Position numbers and translations under genes: made by a program. Positions 9,127 to 19,441 of a stretch of 61,927 nucleotides of DNA are shown one piece after another. The notes under the pieces are model-generated. The model had not been told where the DNA came from and searched no databases. It worked only from the letters and a program-made list of their open reading frames with translations. Source of the DNA: a virus (taxonomy: Duplodnaviria; Caudoviricetes); the IMG/VR virus record IMGVR_UViG_3300027851_000029, positions 1 to 61,927 of that record. One strand, 5' to 3'. Each line of letters begins with the position of its first letter. The stretch's first letter is position 1.

Positions 9127-10749
9127 ATGAGAAATATCCGCTACATCGGCAATTCCGCCATCAACAAGGCCTACTACCCACAGACCGGCATCATCTGGAC
9201 GCCTGGCATGGTTGATACCGTGCTTGACGACAAAGTGGCCGCTGAAATGCTGCTGCATCCTGATGTGTTTGAGGATGCTGGAGATTCGTTCGCCGTGAGC
9301 GGAGGCGCTATGTCGCTCGACCCCACCACCGGCGCAATGCAGATCGGCGGAGCTGCTCCGACTTCTGCGCAGCGTGCGGGCGTTCGGGCGGGGATTGGAT
9401 TTGCTGACGTTGCCTCGTTTTTGGCGAAGACGAAGGTGCTTGAACGTCCGCTTATTGATGAGCCAGTGACGGTGTCCATTACACCGCAGCCATCAACCGG
9501 AGACTACACAACATCACTGTCAGAATATCACGCGCTAATTACAAACTCCACCGGCAAGAGAAAAATACTGTTCACGAGCGCTGCGCTAGTACAGCAGAAC
9601 TTGGCAATTGCGCAGGAAATGAATGGTGGTGCTCCACAGATATTCTCTTCCGTACTCCAAGGAGTTCAAGGGCAGGGCGCTCCATTCACAGGCACCGCGA
9701 CCGGAAATTTCGGAAGGAGTTGTGTTAGGTTGATAACCCCTGCTCCAGTCATCACAATCGGATTTGTAGGGCAGTCAAACTATTCCTTCGCAAGAATACT
9801 TATCAATGGGAAGCGCCTTCCTGTCACGGCTCTTACTGGGGTGAACTTTAACGCGGCCCTGCTAGATGGCGCGGTTGGGATTCCGGCGCTCACCGCTGTG
9901 AGTGGAAACTTTGGGCGGACACTCACACTGACGTTTCAGTCAGCAGAGGTACGGACCATAGAAGTTGAAGACCTCCCAGGAGCCGCTATTATTACTGCAA
10001 TTGTAGTGGGACAAGAGTATCCAGTTGCTCCACTTGTTCGCCCGAAGATGCTTGTGCTTGGGGATTCGTTTGCAGGTTACGGAGGTCAGCTCGCAGGTGC
10101 AGAAAGTACGCTGCCAAGCGTTTCACTGACAACCGGAGTAGCCGAGGAGCTTGGCTTTGATGTGTGGCGCATGTCAACTGGGTCAACGGGTATTTATGCA
10201 CCAGGCCCAGGTGCATACCCAATGCGTTACATAAACCAACTTGCTCGAACCACGAACACCACGCTAGCTGATGGGACGCCAGGGGAAATGGGGTTTGCTG
10301 CAACATCTTATGGAACATATGCGCCCGATGTTATTTGGATTTACGGAACTGGAAACGATACAAGCGCCACCGTGGCAGAATATTCGCAGTACGCAGAAAA
10401 CCTGATTATTTGCGCAAAAGCGCTATACCCAGATGCAAAAATCATATGCACATCAATCTCCAGCGGGTTTACAGAAAGCGGTGCGGCTAGCCCACTTAAT
10501 GCCGTACTGCGTCAGATTTGCGAGTCCAACGGCGTGCTTTACATCCCAACGGGTGAAGATGAGCTTTCGCAGAGGTCTGCGTTATGGTCTGGAGCCGGGG
10601 AAATAAATGCGCCAGCAAACGACGGCGGGAACGCTGATTGGTATCTCGGTAAATATGGCGTTACTGGTGACAGGCACCCGGCGAAAATTGGTGTGCGCTA
10701 TGCGATTGCTTGGTTCACCAGGGAGATTGGGAAACGACTGAACTCGTAA
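9127..10749 (+). CDS. virion-associated SGNH/GDSL hydrolase-domain protein
   Basis: VLGDSF (block I), GND (block III), DRHP (block V); RBS AGGAG. Confidence 0.75.
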   Translation: MRNIRYIGNSAINKAYYPQTGIIWTPGMVDTVLDDKVAAEMLLHPDVFEDAGDSFAVSGGAMSLDPTTGAMQIGGAAPTSAQRAGVRAGIGFADVASFLAKTKVLERPLIDEPVTVSITPQPSTGDYTTSLSEYHALITNSTGKRKILFTSAALVQQNLAIAQEMNGGAPQIFSSVLQGVQGQGAPFTGTATGNFGRSCVRLITPAPVITIGFVGQSNYSFARILINGKRLPVTALTGVNFNAALLDGAVGIPALTAVSGNFGRTLTLTFQSAEVRTIEVEDLPGAAIITAIVVGQEYPVAPLVRPKMLVLGDSFAGYGGQLAGAESTLPSVSLTTGVAEELGFDVWRMSTGSTGIYAPGPGAYPMRYINQLARTTNTTLADGTPGEMGFAATSYGTYAPDVIWIYGTGNDTSATVAEYSQYAENLIICAKALYPDAKIICTSISSGFTESGAASPLNAVLRQICESNGVLYIPTGEDELSQRSALWSGAGEINAPANDGGNADWYLGKYGVTGDRHPAKIGVRYAIAWFTREIGKRLNS

Positions 10750-10847
10750 CCCAACCAACCACACCCAGAAGCCCTCCCGCGATGGCTTCCATCCCCGCAA
10801 GATCGGGCGTGACGTGCTGACCCAGCAATAGAGTCACGCCACAAAAG

Positions 10848-10869
10848 AACCCGCCTTGTGCGGGTTTTT
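10848..10869 (+). terminator. intrinsic terminator
   Basis: AACCCGC-cttgt-GCGGGTT plus T run. Confidence 0.7.
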
Positions 10870-10892
10870 GCATTCTTAGAGGCTTCGCCCGG

Positions 10893-10929
10893 CATAGGGT
10901 TTGCCGACACCCCAAGAAGCCCCGAGACT
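10893..10929 (+). promoter_or_regulatory. late promoter 3 (head operon)
   Basis: CATAGGGTT-N22-GAGACT directly after a terminator. Confidence 0.75.
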
Positions 10930-11094
10930 GTGAACCAAGCCCAAGGCCAAAAGCCGAAGGCGAAACAACCTGCTCGTGAGAGCCGGTAATTCCCGCAGCA
11001 GGAGGCGCGCGGGCCAGGTCTTCGGACCTGGCCAGTCGCCGAATGTGATGCCCATGCAGGCCGAGCCGGATAGCTCGGATGGAGCACGCAAGCA

Positions 11095-12072
11095 ATGACA
11101 GTTGAGCACAACGCAGCAGCAATGCTGGAGGCGGCTTTGAGTGGTGAACTGGCGCTGGATGGCGAACAGAAGACCGTTGAACCGCAAGTCGATGATGGTT
11201 TGAAGTCGGATCAGCAGGACGACACCGACGATGGCAAGACCAAAGGTGATGCAGGCGCGCAAGCGAATGACGAACCCGAAGGCGCACCCATTGTCAGCAA
11301 GTCAGGCGCTTACACGATCCCCTACGAGAAGTTGGCAAGTGCCCGCCAGGAGCGCGACCAGTTCAAGGCCAAGAGTGAAGAACTCGCCGCCCAACTCGCG
11401 CAACTGACCGAAGCACAGCAGGCCAATCTGGCGAAGGCAGCAGAAGGCGCACAGGCAAGGCAGGATGCCGGCCAGGCGCAAACGCAGTCTGACCAGACCC
11501 TGGCAGCAGCGCAGGCTGCGATTTCTCAAGGCGTTGACCCAGCCCTATTCGGGGATTTCTCCGAAGAAGGTATTGCCAACGGCATCAAGGCGTTACTGGC
11601 GCAGGCAGTCCCTGCCATTCGGGCCGAGTTGAAGGCCGAAATGGACAAGGAACTCGCACCCTTCAAACAGGTGCAGGTGAAGACCGCCGCAGATGCTCAC
11701 ATGACAGCGATCTACGCGAAGCACCCGGATGCCGACGAGTTGGTCGAATCTGGCGAATTCAAGAAGTGGATCGATAGCTTGCCCAGCTTTTCGCGCCAAG
11801 GCGTCGAAAAAGCCATGCAGGCCGGAACGACCGAGCAGATTGTCGAAGTTTTTGATTCGTTCAAGGCGCTGTCGGGCAAGCCCGCAGCCAACCCCAAGCC
11901 TGCACTGGATGTGCAACGCCGGGTCCCAACCTCGCTGTCGGAGATAGCCGGTGGATCGCCTGTGGACGTGACGCAGCAAACACTGGCCATGGCCGGAAAC
12001 CCGGGTGCCTTGCTGGACCGGATGGCCGACATGACCAAAGAACAGATTGATGCGGTGATGAACCGCGTTTGA
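11095..12072 (+). CDS. capsid scaffolding protein
   Basis: Acidic N-terminus, TIPYEKL motif, coiled coil, located before the capsid gene. Confidence 0.75.
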   Translation: MTVEHNAAAMLEAALSGELALDGEQKTVEPQVDDGLKSDQQDDTDDGKTKGDAGAQANDEPEGAPIVSKSGAYTIPYEKLASARQERDQFKAKSEELAAQLAQLTEAQQANLAKAAEGAQARQDAGQAQTQSDQTLAAAQAAISQGVDPALFGDFSEEGIANGIKALLAQAVPAIRAELKAEMDKELAPFKQVQVKTAADAHMTAIYAKHPDADELVESGEFKKWIDSLPSFSRQGVEKAMQAGTTEQIVEVFDSFKALSGKPAANPKPALDVQRRVPTSLSEIAGGSPVDVTQQTLAMAGNPGALLDRMADMTKEQIDAVMNRV

Positions 12073-12126
12073 GCAACACCGAGCTGCCCGTGATGGGTCG
12101 CTTCTATCCCAACGAAGGAGGTCAAC

Positions 12127-13422
12127 ATGACCACGAAATCCAGTGTGGCCGCGGGTTCGCCCAACGCCCAGTTTGTCCAAGCTGCCGGCCTGTTCGCACA
12201 GTCCATGCAGCGCAACTCGACGCTCGGTCGCCTGTCTGGCCCGATGCCCCGAAACGAAGCGGGTGCCGCCGAAGTCGTGCGCAAGCAGACATCGACCGAC
12301 ATGCCCATCGTCAAGGCAATGGACCTGACCCGCGGCAAGGGCGACGAAGTTGAATTCCAGTTCCTGCAACCGGTCGGCGCCTACCCCATCATGGGTTCGC
12401 GCACCGCCGAAGGCAAAGGCACTGGCCTGAGCTACGACAAGGCCCGTCTGCGCGTCAACCAGGCCCGCTTCCCGGTGGACCTGGGCGACACGATGACCGA
12501 CCTGCGCTCTGCTGTGGACTTCCGTCGCATGGGCCGCCCGGTGGCCCAGTCGCTGATGGATGGCTACATGGACCAGTCCACCCTGGTTCACGCTGCCGGC
12601 GCTCGTGGCTTTCACGACAACATCGAATGGCGCGTGCCCACCGCCGCCCACGCCGATTTCGCCGACATGATGGTGAACACGGTCAAGGCCCCCACCAAGA
12701 ACCGCCACTTCATGGCCGGCGGCGCCAACGGCATCGAGCCCTTCACCGTCAACGCGGGTGAAGTGCAGATCGCCACCACCGACCTCCTGACCATGGATGT
12801 CGTGGATGGTGTTCGCACCATGATCGAGTCGATTGCCCTGCCGCCCCCGGCAGTGAAGATCCCCGGTGATGTGGTGGCCGAAGACAGCCCGTTGCGGGTG
12901 ATGCTGGTTTCCCCGGCTCAGTACCACGCCTTCTCGCAGGATTCGAGCTTCCGCCAGTTCCAGGCGAACGCTCTGGCCCGAGCGACCAAGGCCAAGAACC
13001 ACCCGCTGTTCCTCGGCGAGTGCGGTCTGTGGAACGGCATCCTGCTGATGAAGATGCCCAAGCCGATCCGCTTCTACGCTGGCGACGCGATCATGTATTG
13101 CGCCGCCAACGACACCGAAACGGAAACCTCGTGCATCGTGCCTGCCGCGTTCAGCACGACCCACGCTGTTGACCGCGCCATCCTCCTGGGTGGTCAGGCC
13201 ATCGGCCAGGCGTTCGGCTCCAGCCGCCACGGCGGCATGCCCTTCTTCTGGAAAGAGAAGGACTTCGACCACGACGACAAGATGGAACTGCTGATCGGCG
13301 CCATTCAGGGCCTGATGAAGATCCGCTGGCTCGTGGACCAGGGCAACGGCTCGAAGCACTACACCGACCACGGTGTGATCGCCATCGACACCGCTGTGCC
13401 GATCCTGGGCGCTCGCTCGTAA
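12127..13422 (+). CDS. major capsid protein (N4-gp56/DUF4043 type)
   Basis: 431 aa, strong codon bias, RBS AAGGAGG, DLTRGKGDEV and HPLFLGECGLWNGIL motifs. Confidence 0.9.
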   Translation: MTTKSSVAAGSPNAQFVQAAGLFAQSMQRNSTLGRLSGPMPRNEAGAAEVVRKQTSTDMPIVKAMDLTRGKGDEVEFQFLQPVGAYPIMGSRTAEGKGTGLSYDKARLRVNQARFPVDLGDTMTDLRSAVDFRRMGRPVAQSLMDGYMDQSTLVHAAGARGFHDNIEWRVPTAAHADFADMMVNTVKAPTKNRHFMAGGANGIEPFTVNAGEVQIATTDLLTMDVVDGVRTMIESIALPPPAVKIPGDVVAEDSPLRVMLVSPAQYHAFSQDSSFRQFQANALARATKAKNHPLFLGECGLWNGILLMKMPKPIRFYAGDAIMYCAANDTETETSCIVPAAFSTTHAVDRAILLGGQAIGQAFGSSRHGGMPFFWKEKDFDHDDKMELLIGAIQGLMKIRWLVDQGNGSKHYTDHGVIAIDTAVPILGARS

Positions 13423-13430
13423 AGCAACAG

Positions 13431-13448
13431 GCAGGGCTTCGGCCCTGC
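13431..13448 (+). other. UUCG-capped hairpin after the capsid gene (pause, stabiliser or weak terminator)
   Basis: GCAGGGC-TTCG-GCCCTGC; a similar hairpin lies at 13986-14011. Confidence 0.55.
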
Positions 13449-13482
13449 TGTTCCATCCCTTCATCAGATTTAGGAGCCCGAA

Positions 13483-13968
13483 ATGGCAACCATCACCAAA
13501 AACACCAAGGACGCCCGCGTGCAACTTGGCTCGACCCCTTGGGGCAACCTGTCGGCCCTTCCCTACAAGGTGCAGACCAACGCATCCGGCGCCGTCATCG
13601 GCTCGGACACGACCGCTGCCGTGGCCTCCGGCGACAAGGTTCGCGTGGGCCTGCTGCCCGCCGGCTTCCGGTTCGTTGACAGCGAAGTGATCGTGTCCGA
13701 CGCCTGGACCGCAGCCGTGACCGCCAACCTGGGCTTTGAATACGTCGATGGCGTGGACGATGCCGCCGTGCCGCAGTCTGCAACCTACTTCGGTAGCGCG
13801 CTGGCTGTGAACGCGCTGGGCCGTCTGCGCAATGCAACGACCAACGCTCCCGTTGTGCTCCAGAAAGAAGCCTGGTTGATCCTGACCACTGGCGGAGCGG
13901 CCAACGCTTCGGCGTCCGTGACCGACATCGTGGTGTTCGGCATCGCTGAAGGCACCGTCAACGGCTGA
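13483..13968 (+). CDS. capsid decoration/cement protein
   Basis: Beta-rich 161 aa directly after the capsid gene, high codon bias. Confidence 0.65.
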   Translation: MATITKNTKDARVQLGSTPWGNLSALPYKVQTNASGAVIGSDTTAAVASGDKVRVGLLPAGFRFVDSEVIVSDAWTAAVTANLGFEYVDGVDDAAVPQSATYFGSALAVNALGRLRNATTNAPVVLQKEAWLILTTGGAANASASVTDIVVFGIAEGTVNG

Positions 13969-14023
13969 TTTTTCGCCGGAACGTAGCGGGCTGGCTTCGG
14001 CTGGCCCGCTTCTGGAGACACAC

Positions 14024-14416
14024 ATGGAATTCGTCCGCATCAAGTACACCGGCTGGAAGCCCTACACCGACCGCACGCCTCTGAAAACCGCGTGGACGCC
14101 CGGTGACACCAAGCCCATCCCGGCCCAGTACGCGAAACCGCTGCTGCGCTTCGCCGAGTTCAAGGTGAGCGACGACACCACCGCCGCTCCCGAGCAAGAG
14201 CAGGCGATGGCCGAGGCCGCGACGCTGGCCGTTGAGCAGGAGAAGGACGACGAGCACCAGCAAATGGAATCCATGCTGCTGCATGTCGAGTCCATGGACA
14301 AGGACACGCTCGAAGCCTACGCCGAGAAGTACCAGACCAAGCTGGACAAGCGCCTGGGTGTCGCCAAACTGCGCGCCGAAGTCGCCAACCTGATCGAGCA
14401 GTTCGGGGTGCGCTGA
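14024..14416 (+). CDS. conserved morphogenesis protein
   Basis: RBS GGAG; C-terminal small helical domain. Confidence 0.65.
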   Translation: MEFVRIKYTGWKPYTDRTPLKTAWTPGDTKPIPAQYAKPLLRFAEFKVSDDTTAAPEQEQAMAEAATLAVEQEKDDEHQQMESMLLHVESMDKDTLEAYAEKYQTKLDKRLGVAKLRAEVANLIEQFGVR

Positions 14417-14417
14417 C

Positions 14418-15086
14418 ATGACGCTCGAAGAACTGATCCGCCGATTCCGCGTCAACGTGAACGACAAGGCGCTGCCTTACCTGTTCGAAGACCTGGATGT
14501 GACGGATTGGCTCAACGAAGCCCAAGAGCAGGCCTGCATCCGCGCCCGCCTGCTGCGTGACGACGCCACCGTGGCCGTCACACAAATTCCGCTGACCGTG
14601 GGCACGCACACCTATGCGCTGCACGAGTCGGTCTATGAGCTGATCTCGGTACGCCTGATCCACGCAAGCGGTGATGACCCGACACCGCTACCGATTCAGT
14701 CCCGTGAGTGGCTGGACAAGAACATCCCGGACTGGCGCGAGAGCGAAGAAGAAGCCTTCTGCATCGTGCAGGACGACACAAAGATTCGGGTTGTCGGCAC
14801 GTTTGTTGCCGATGACCGCATCGATCTGGAGTGCTACCGCCTTCCGCTGGAAGCGCTCGCCAACGACGCCGACGAGCCAGAGATTCACCGCGCGAACCAC
14901 ATCCACCTGATCGACTGGGCGATGCACAAGGGATTCAGCATCCCCGACATGGAGGTGTTCGACCCGGATCGTGCAAACAAAGCCGAGGCCCGCTTCACGC
15001 GCCACTTCGGCCCGCTGCCCGACGCCGACATGCGCCGCATCACGCGCCACGACGTCGAGCACGCCAACACATCAATCCTGCCATGA
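14418..15086 (+). CDS. head-tail adaptor
   Basis: MTLEELI..FR...D...PYL...WLNEAQ..AC.R pattern; position. Confidence 0.7.
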   Translation: MTLEELIRRFRVNVNDKALPYLFEDLDVTDWLNEAQEQACIRARLLRDDATVAVTQIPLTVGTHTYALHESVYELISVRLIHASGDDPTPLPIQSREWLDKNIPDWRESEEEAFCIVQDDTKIRVVGTFVADDRIDLECYRLPLEALANDADEPEIHRANHIHLIDWAMHKGFSIPDMEVFDPDRANKAEARFTRHFGPLPDADMRRITRHDVEHANTSILP

Positions 15087-16309
15087 AGCCCGTCAAAGTA
15101 CCGGGCTTCACCGGCATCAACAACCGCGCGCCGGATGACCGCCTGCCCAAGGACCAGTCTGGCAAGAGCGCCGTGCGCGATGCGGTGAACGTGGACCTGA
15201 CGGAAGTCGGCACATTCCAGCGCCGGCCAGGCTCCGAGCGCATCGTGACAGGCTCCAATGTCCGAAGCCTGACGAGTTCGGGCGGTTATGGATACTACGC
15301 ATCGGGCGCCAGCCTGTACCGATTCGACGGCGTTGCGCCTTCCGAGTCCGTGGCGCAACTGGCGTCGGCCTTCGCCAACGTCTGCTACGCCGAAACACCG
15401 AACGGCCTCGCCTGGTCGGACGGCTTCACGCTGAACCTGATCCGAGGTGGATCGACGGCCCGCCTGGTGCCGGCCATGCCGAACCCGGCGCCGCTGTGTG
15501 TCGGCCAGGCTGGCGGTTCATTGCGCGAAGGCATGTACGCGGTGTGCTTCGCAACCGTGCTGGCCAGCGGCCTGCGATCGGCCCTGACCGAGCCCGCTTT
15601 TGTGCAGGTTCCCGAGAACGGGCGCATCCGCCTGACCATGGCCGCACTGGCTGCGACGGTTGATGTGTTCGTCACGGCGCCCGATGGCGACATCTTCTAC
15701 CGCGACCGCACGCTGCCGATCGGCACCACGCTGCAGGATCTGAGCGTCATCACATCCAGCGGTGAACCCGTGGTGCACGAGGTCACGGCCTCGCTTCCTC
15801 CTGCTGACATCCTGGCGTACCACAACGGGCGCCTGCTGTCGGCTCAAGGCCAGTTCGTGCGCTACTCGCTGCCCTACAGCCTGGGCCTGTACAAGCCCGG
15901 CACCGGCTACATCCCGTTCCCAGATCCAGTCACGCTGGTGGCAGCGGTCGAGGGTGGCGTCTACATGGCGACGGCGAAGAAGACATGGTTTTTCCCGGGT
16001 GGTGACGTGTCCAAGGCCGAAATGGCTGAAGTCGCGCCCTACGGCGCCACGCCCGGCACGCTCGCCACGATCCCGAACAGCAAGGATGTGACGTGGTTCA
16101 GCCCGCGCGGCCCCGTGCGTGCCGGCATCGATGGCTCGATCACGCTGCTGCAGGACAAACAGATCGCATTCGCACCGGCCGACTCCGGCGCATCCATCTA
16201 CCGCGAAACCAATGGTTTGCGGACTCTCATCACGGCGCTGTCTGGCAGTTCACCGGGCAGCGGTACGGCGGCTTTCGGCTGCTACATGACGGCGCGTTCT
16301 GTAACTTAA
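15083..16309 (+). CDS. tail nozzle/stabilisation protein
   Basis: ATGA overlap; FTGINN..RDAVNVDL..G.FQRRPG N-terminus typical of podovirus tail tubular proteins. Confidence 0.65.
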   Translation: MKPVKVPGFTGINNRAPDDRLPKDQSGKSAVRDAVNVDLTEVGTFQRRPGSERIVTGSNVRSLTSSGGYGYYASGASLYRFDGVAPSESVAQLASAFANVCYAETPNGLAWSDGFTLNLIRGGSTARLVPAMPNPAPLCVGQAGGSLREGMYAVCFATVLASGLRSALTEPAFVQVPENGRIRLTMAALAATVDVFVTAPDGDIFYRDRTLPIGTTLQDLSVITSSGEPVVHEVTASLPPADILAYHNGRLLSAQGQFVRYSLPYSLGLYKPGTGYIPFPDPVTLVAAVEGGVYMATAKKTWFFPGGDVSKAEMAEVAPYGATPGTLATIPNSKDVTWFSPRGPVRAGIDGSITLLQDKQIAFAPADSGASIYRETNGLRTLITALSGSSPGSGTAAFGCYMTARSVT

Positions 16310-16321
16310 AGGAGGGTCGAA

Positions 16322-16735
16322 ATGATCCCGGTTGAAGGCTTGAATTACCTGTGGTCTGCCGCGCTCAAAGCGGGCACCCAATATCCGAACCTGTACGTCG
16401 GTCTGTACAAGGGCGACTACACGCCGCAGCCCGGCGACACCATGGCGACCTTCCCCGGGCTCGCCACCGAGCAGACGCTGTACTCGCAGACCACCCGGCC
16501 TGAACTGGTGCTGGGCGCCATCGCCGACGGCGCGGTGGACAACGAGGCATCCGTTGCCCTGTTCACCGGCACCACCGCCGCCGAAACCGCAACGGGCGGC
16601 TTTGTATCCACCTCGCCGACCAAGGGATCCACGACCGGCGTGCTGATCGCGGCCGTGCGCTTCCCGTCGCCGCTGCCGCTTGGTGTCGGCAACAAGATCG
16701 AAATCACCGCCCCCTTCACCGCAATCTCTGTCTAA
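16322..16735 (+). CDS. virion structural protein
   Basis: RBS AGGAGG; YVGLY motif typical of fibre-anchoring proteins. Confidence 0.65.
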   Translation: MIPVEGLNYLWSAALKAGTQYPNLYVGLYKGDYTPQPGDTMATFPGLATEQTLYSQTTRPELVLGAIADGAVDNEASVALFTGTTAAETATGGFVSTSPTKGSTTGVLIAAVRFPSPLPLGVGNKIEITAPFTAISV

Positions 16736-16744
16736 GGAGCCATC

Positions 16745-17185
16745 ATGGCAAAACAATCAACCGGCCTGCGCAATTACATGCTCGACACGGGCAGCTTCAA
16801 GGCTGCCATGGACCTTGGTTTCGTCAAAATCTACGCCGGCACCATCCCGTCTTCGGCCAATGACAGCCTGGGCGGCGCGACGCTGCTGTGCACGATCAGC
16901 AACAACTCGACGGCCACGGGCCTAACGGTTGAAGCGGTTGCTGCCGATGGCGTAATCACCAAGACCGTCGCCGAAGTCTGGAGTGGCGTGAACGTGGCGA
17001 CCGGCACGGCATCGTTTTTCCGCTTTGTGACCGCCGCAGACGATGGCACCCTGAGCACCACGCAACGCCGCTGGCAGGGAACGGTCGGTATCGCCGGCCA
17101 CGACATGAACATCTCGGACACCGCACTGGTTTCCGCCGCGCCGCAGTTGATCGACTACGCGACCTTCGCACTGCCGACCGAGTAA
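16745..17185 (+). CDS. virion structural protein
   Basis: RBS AAGGAG; IYAGTIP..A, GTASFFR and QGTVG motifs. Confidence 0.7.
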   Translation: MAKQSTGLRNYMLDTGSFKAAMDLGFVKIYAGTIPSSANDSLGGATLLCTISNNSTATGLTVEAVAADGVITKTVAEVWSGVNVATGTASFFRFVTAADDGTLSTTQRRWQGTVGIAGHDMNISDTALVSAAPQLIDYATFALPTE

Positions 17186-17650
17186 ATGGCCGCGCTCTAC
17201 GTCAAGGTCGTTGTTCGTTCCACGTACTGGGACCACAACGACTCTTTTGCCAGCCTGAAGTTTTCACCAACAGGCGCAGGCACGTATGGCGACGACCTGA
17301 TCGAGGCCGCCAACTGGCTGTCAGGCCCATTTGGTCCAACCTACGACGGCATCACGGGCCAAGAAGGTCTTGTCGGTCCCGATGGAGGCCCCAGCGAGCT
17401 GGAGTTCGTCTTCCTGGCCCCGGATGGCATGCTGACGCTGCCATGCGATGCGCAGATGCTGTTCAGCTCATCGTATGACGCCCACGAGGTGGATGTCCTG
17501 ACGAGCCCCGATGGCGTGACCTACACGCTGTCTGCGACGGTTGAGGTTCCGCTGAGTGTGTCTTTCGACCTCATCGATTTCGCCATGAGTGGTTCTGCTG
17601 TTTTCGCCCCCTGGTGGACCGACCACAACAACACGCAGGAGACAGCGTGA
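17186..17650 (+). CDS. hypothetical tail-module protein
   Basis: Abuts both neighbours; contains an Asp-box-like SPDGVTY. Confidence 0.6.
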   Translation: MAALYVKVVVRSTYWDHNDSFASLKFSPTGAGTYGDDLIEAANWLSGPFGPTYDGITGQEGLVGPDGGPSELEFVFLAPDGMLTLPCDAQMLFSSSYDAHEVDVLTSPDGVTYTLSATVEVPLSVSFDLIDFAMSGSAVFAPWWTDHNNTQETA

Positions 17651-19441
17651 ATGGCCCTGTACCCGAAACTGCCGGATGGCCCGAGTCCTGTCGGGACAGC
17701 GCAGGTGCGGGCGCAGCGGGTGGCCGGCGGTGACTGGCAGTTCAGCCAGCGCAACGCCACTACCAAGACGCGGGTCAGTGGCGAATTCAGCCGCGTCAAC
17801 ATCGAGCAACTCGGGTTCCTGACCTACGGCTACCCGAAGTCCGACATACAGCAGGGCCGAACGGTCACGCGCTACCAGCTTCCGGCACAGCCCATCCCGA
17901 CCCCGAAGACCGAGATTGCGGACGTGGCTCCGACGCCGGGAGCGACCTACTTCGGCGGCATCCTGCAGGACTACTCGCAATTCGACACCTTCGCCTACAC
18001 CTACACCTTTGACGCCGAGGTTCTGGGTGGTGGCACGGAAGAACAGACGCAGGAGGTTGATTACCGAATCATGCGCCGGCATGTGCAGATCGCCCGGTTC
18101 AACCAGTGGGGCGGGCACAAGGTCCTGGCCGATGTGTTCCCGGCGACCACGCTCCACCTGTACGACGGCTTCACCAGCGCCGACGCGCAACTGTTCCCGG
18201 TGTTTTCTCCGTGCATGGCCTTCGCCGGGAAGATCCCGAGCACGGTATCGGACGCCCATGTGAATGCGGTGTTCTGCGCCTACCCTCGGTTTTCCGAGCG
18301 GGTGGACACGGCGGGCCGGCCGCGCAATGACCCATCCGTCACCGTGGTGCAGCTGGGGCAGACGTCCTACAACTTCGCCATCGCATCCGAGGTGTTCGCC
18401 GACCCCGATGTGGAATTCGCGCAGTACATGCCGTGCATCGCCACAGAAAACCACCTGGCGGTGCTGATGCGGGAACGCTTCTACTGGACCGAGTACAGCG
18501 GTGCGCTGGACCCGCGCGACTACTCGCGCAAGTTCTGGATGCTGCGCGCCATCAACAAGAATTTCAGCACGCTGGAGGTGCTGGACCTGACGGCGCTGTT
18601 TGACGGCCAACTGTCCAACGAAACCTTCTGGTCGACGGCGGACTTCTACTACCCGGCGGCCTGGTTCACGCACATCGATGAACTCGCGGCCCAGCACATG
18701 CGGACGGTGGCGCTGCCGAACAACGTCTTCCTGCTGTCCTATTTCGTGATGAAGTACGGCGTGCTCGAAGGCACATTCAGGACGCACCACGACATCCGCA
18801 TTGCCCGCATCGACATGAGTGCAGGCGTCGCGGCATCGATCACCTACGACGAGCCCACGGTTCGCATGGGCGAGTTGTTCGACTCGCCTTCGCTGCCGTC
18901 CCTGTTCTGGCCCGGCCTGTTCGTGTCGTGCATGGTGCACCTGGGCGAGAACTACGTCTTGGCGAAGCTGGGCCACGGCCTGCAGCCATCGGCCAAGGCC
19001 TACAGCGACGCCGACGCGACACACCTGACGGTAACGCCGGGCGAAGAACCCCTGACGTTCATTCGAAGCACGGACGGCGGCCTGACTTGGGCCGACATCA
19101 CGCCGACCGGGTTTGATGCAGACCTTGAGCTCGGCAAGTTCGGCGACTTCACGGTGATCGAGCCGCGCAAGGATGGCGCTCCCGGGGTTGTGGCGGTCAA
19201 CTCATGGCGGGCAGAAACCAGCAGCTACCACGTCTACGTATCCAAGGATGACGGCCTGACGTGGACGCGCCAAAGCAAGATCATCACCGCCGAGACATTC
19301 CGGCGCATGGATGGGTCTTGGCGCGACACCCGCGGCCTGGTGCTGGACGGAGCCAAAGACCTGAACACATTCCGCCACCTGATCCCGACATCGGGCCTAC
19401 TGGACGTGACGATTCCCGAACGCTACACGGACAAACCATGA
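17651..19441 (+). CDS. BNR/Asp-box beta-propeller tail protein
   Basis: STDGGLTW and SKDDGLTW Asp boxes. Confidence 0.65.
   Translation: MALYPKLPDGPSPVGTAQVRAQRVAGGDWQFSQRNATTKTRVSGEFSRVNIEQLGFLTYGYPKSDIQQGRTVTRYQLPAQPIPTPKTEIADVAPTPGATYFGGILQDYSQFDTFAYTYTFDAEVLGGGTEEQTQEVDYRIMRRHVQIARFNQWGGHKVLADVFPATTLHLYDGFTSADAQLFPVFSPCMAFAGKIPSTVSDAHVNAVFCAYPRFSERVDTAGRPRNDPSVTVVQLGQTSYNFAIASEVFADPDVEFAQYMPCIATENHLAVLMRERFYWTEYSGALDPRDYSRKFWMLRAINKNFSTLEVLDLTALFDGQLSNETFWSTADFYYPAAWFTHIDELAAQHMRTVALPNNVFLLSYFVMKYGVLEGTFRTHHDIRIARIDMSAGVAASITYDEPTVRMGELFDSPSLPSLFWPGLFVSCMVHLGENYVLAKLGHGLQPSAKAYSDADATHLTVTPGEEPLTFIRSTDGGLTWADITPTGFDADLELGKFGDFTVIEPRKDGAPGVVAVNSWRAETSSYHVYVSKDDGLTWTRQSKIITAETFRRMDGSWRDTRGLVLDGAKDLNTFRHLIPTSGLLDVTIPERYTDKP

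Noticed and set aside
11593-14049. Long antisense ORFs (also 31910-34579, 27995-29632, 17468-19024 and most of 26024-27982)
   Set aside because: Shadow frames of GC-rich, codon-biased genes; only 26024-26419 has an RBS, a promoter and its own space
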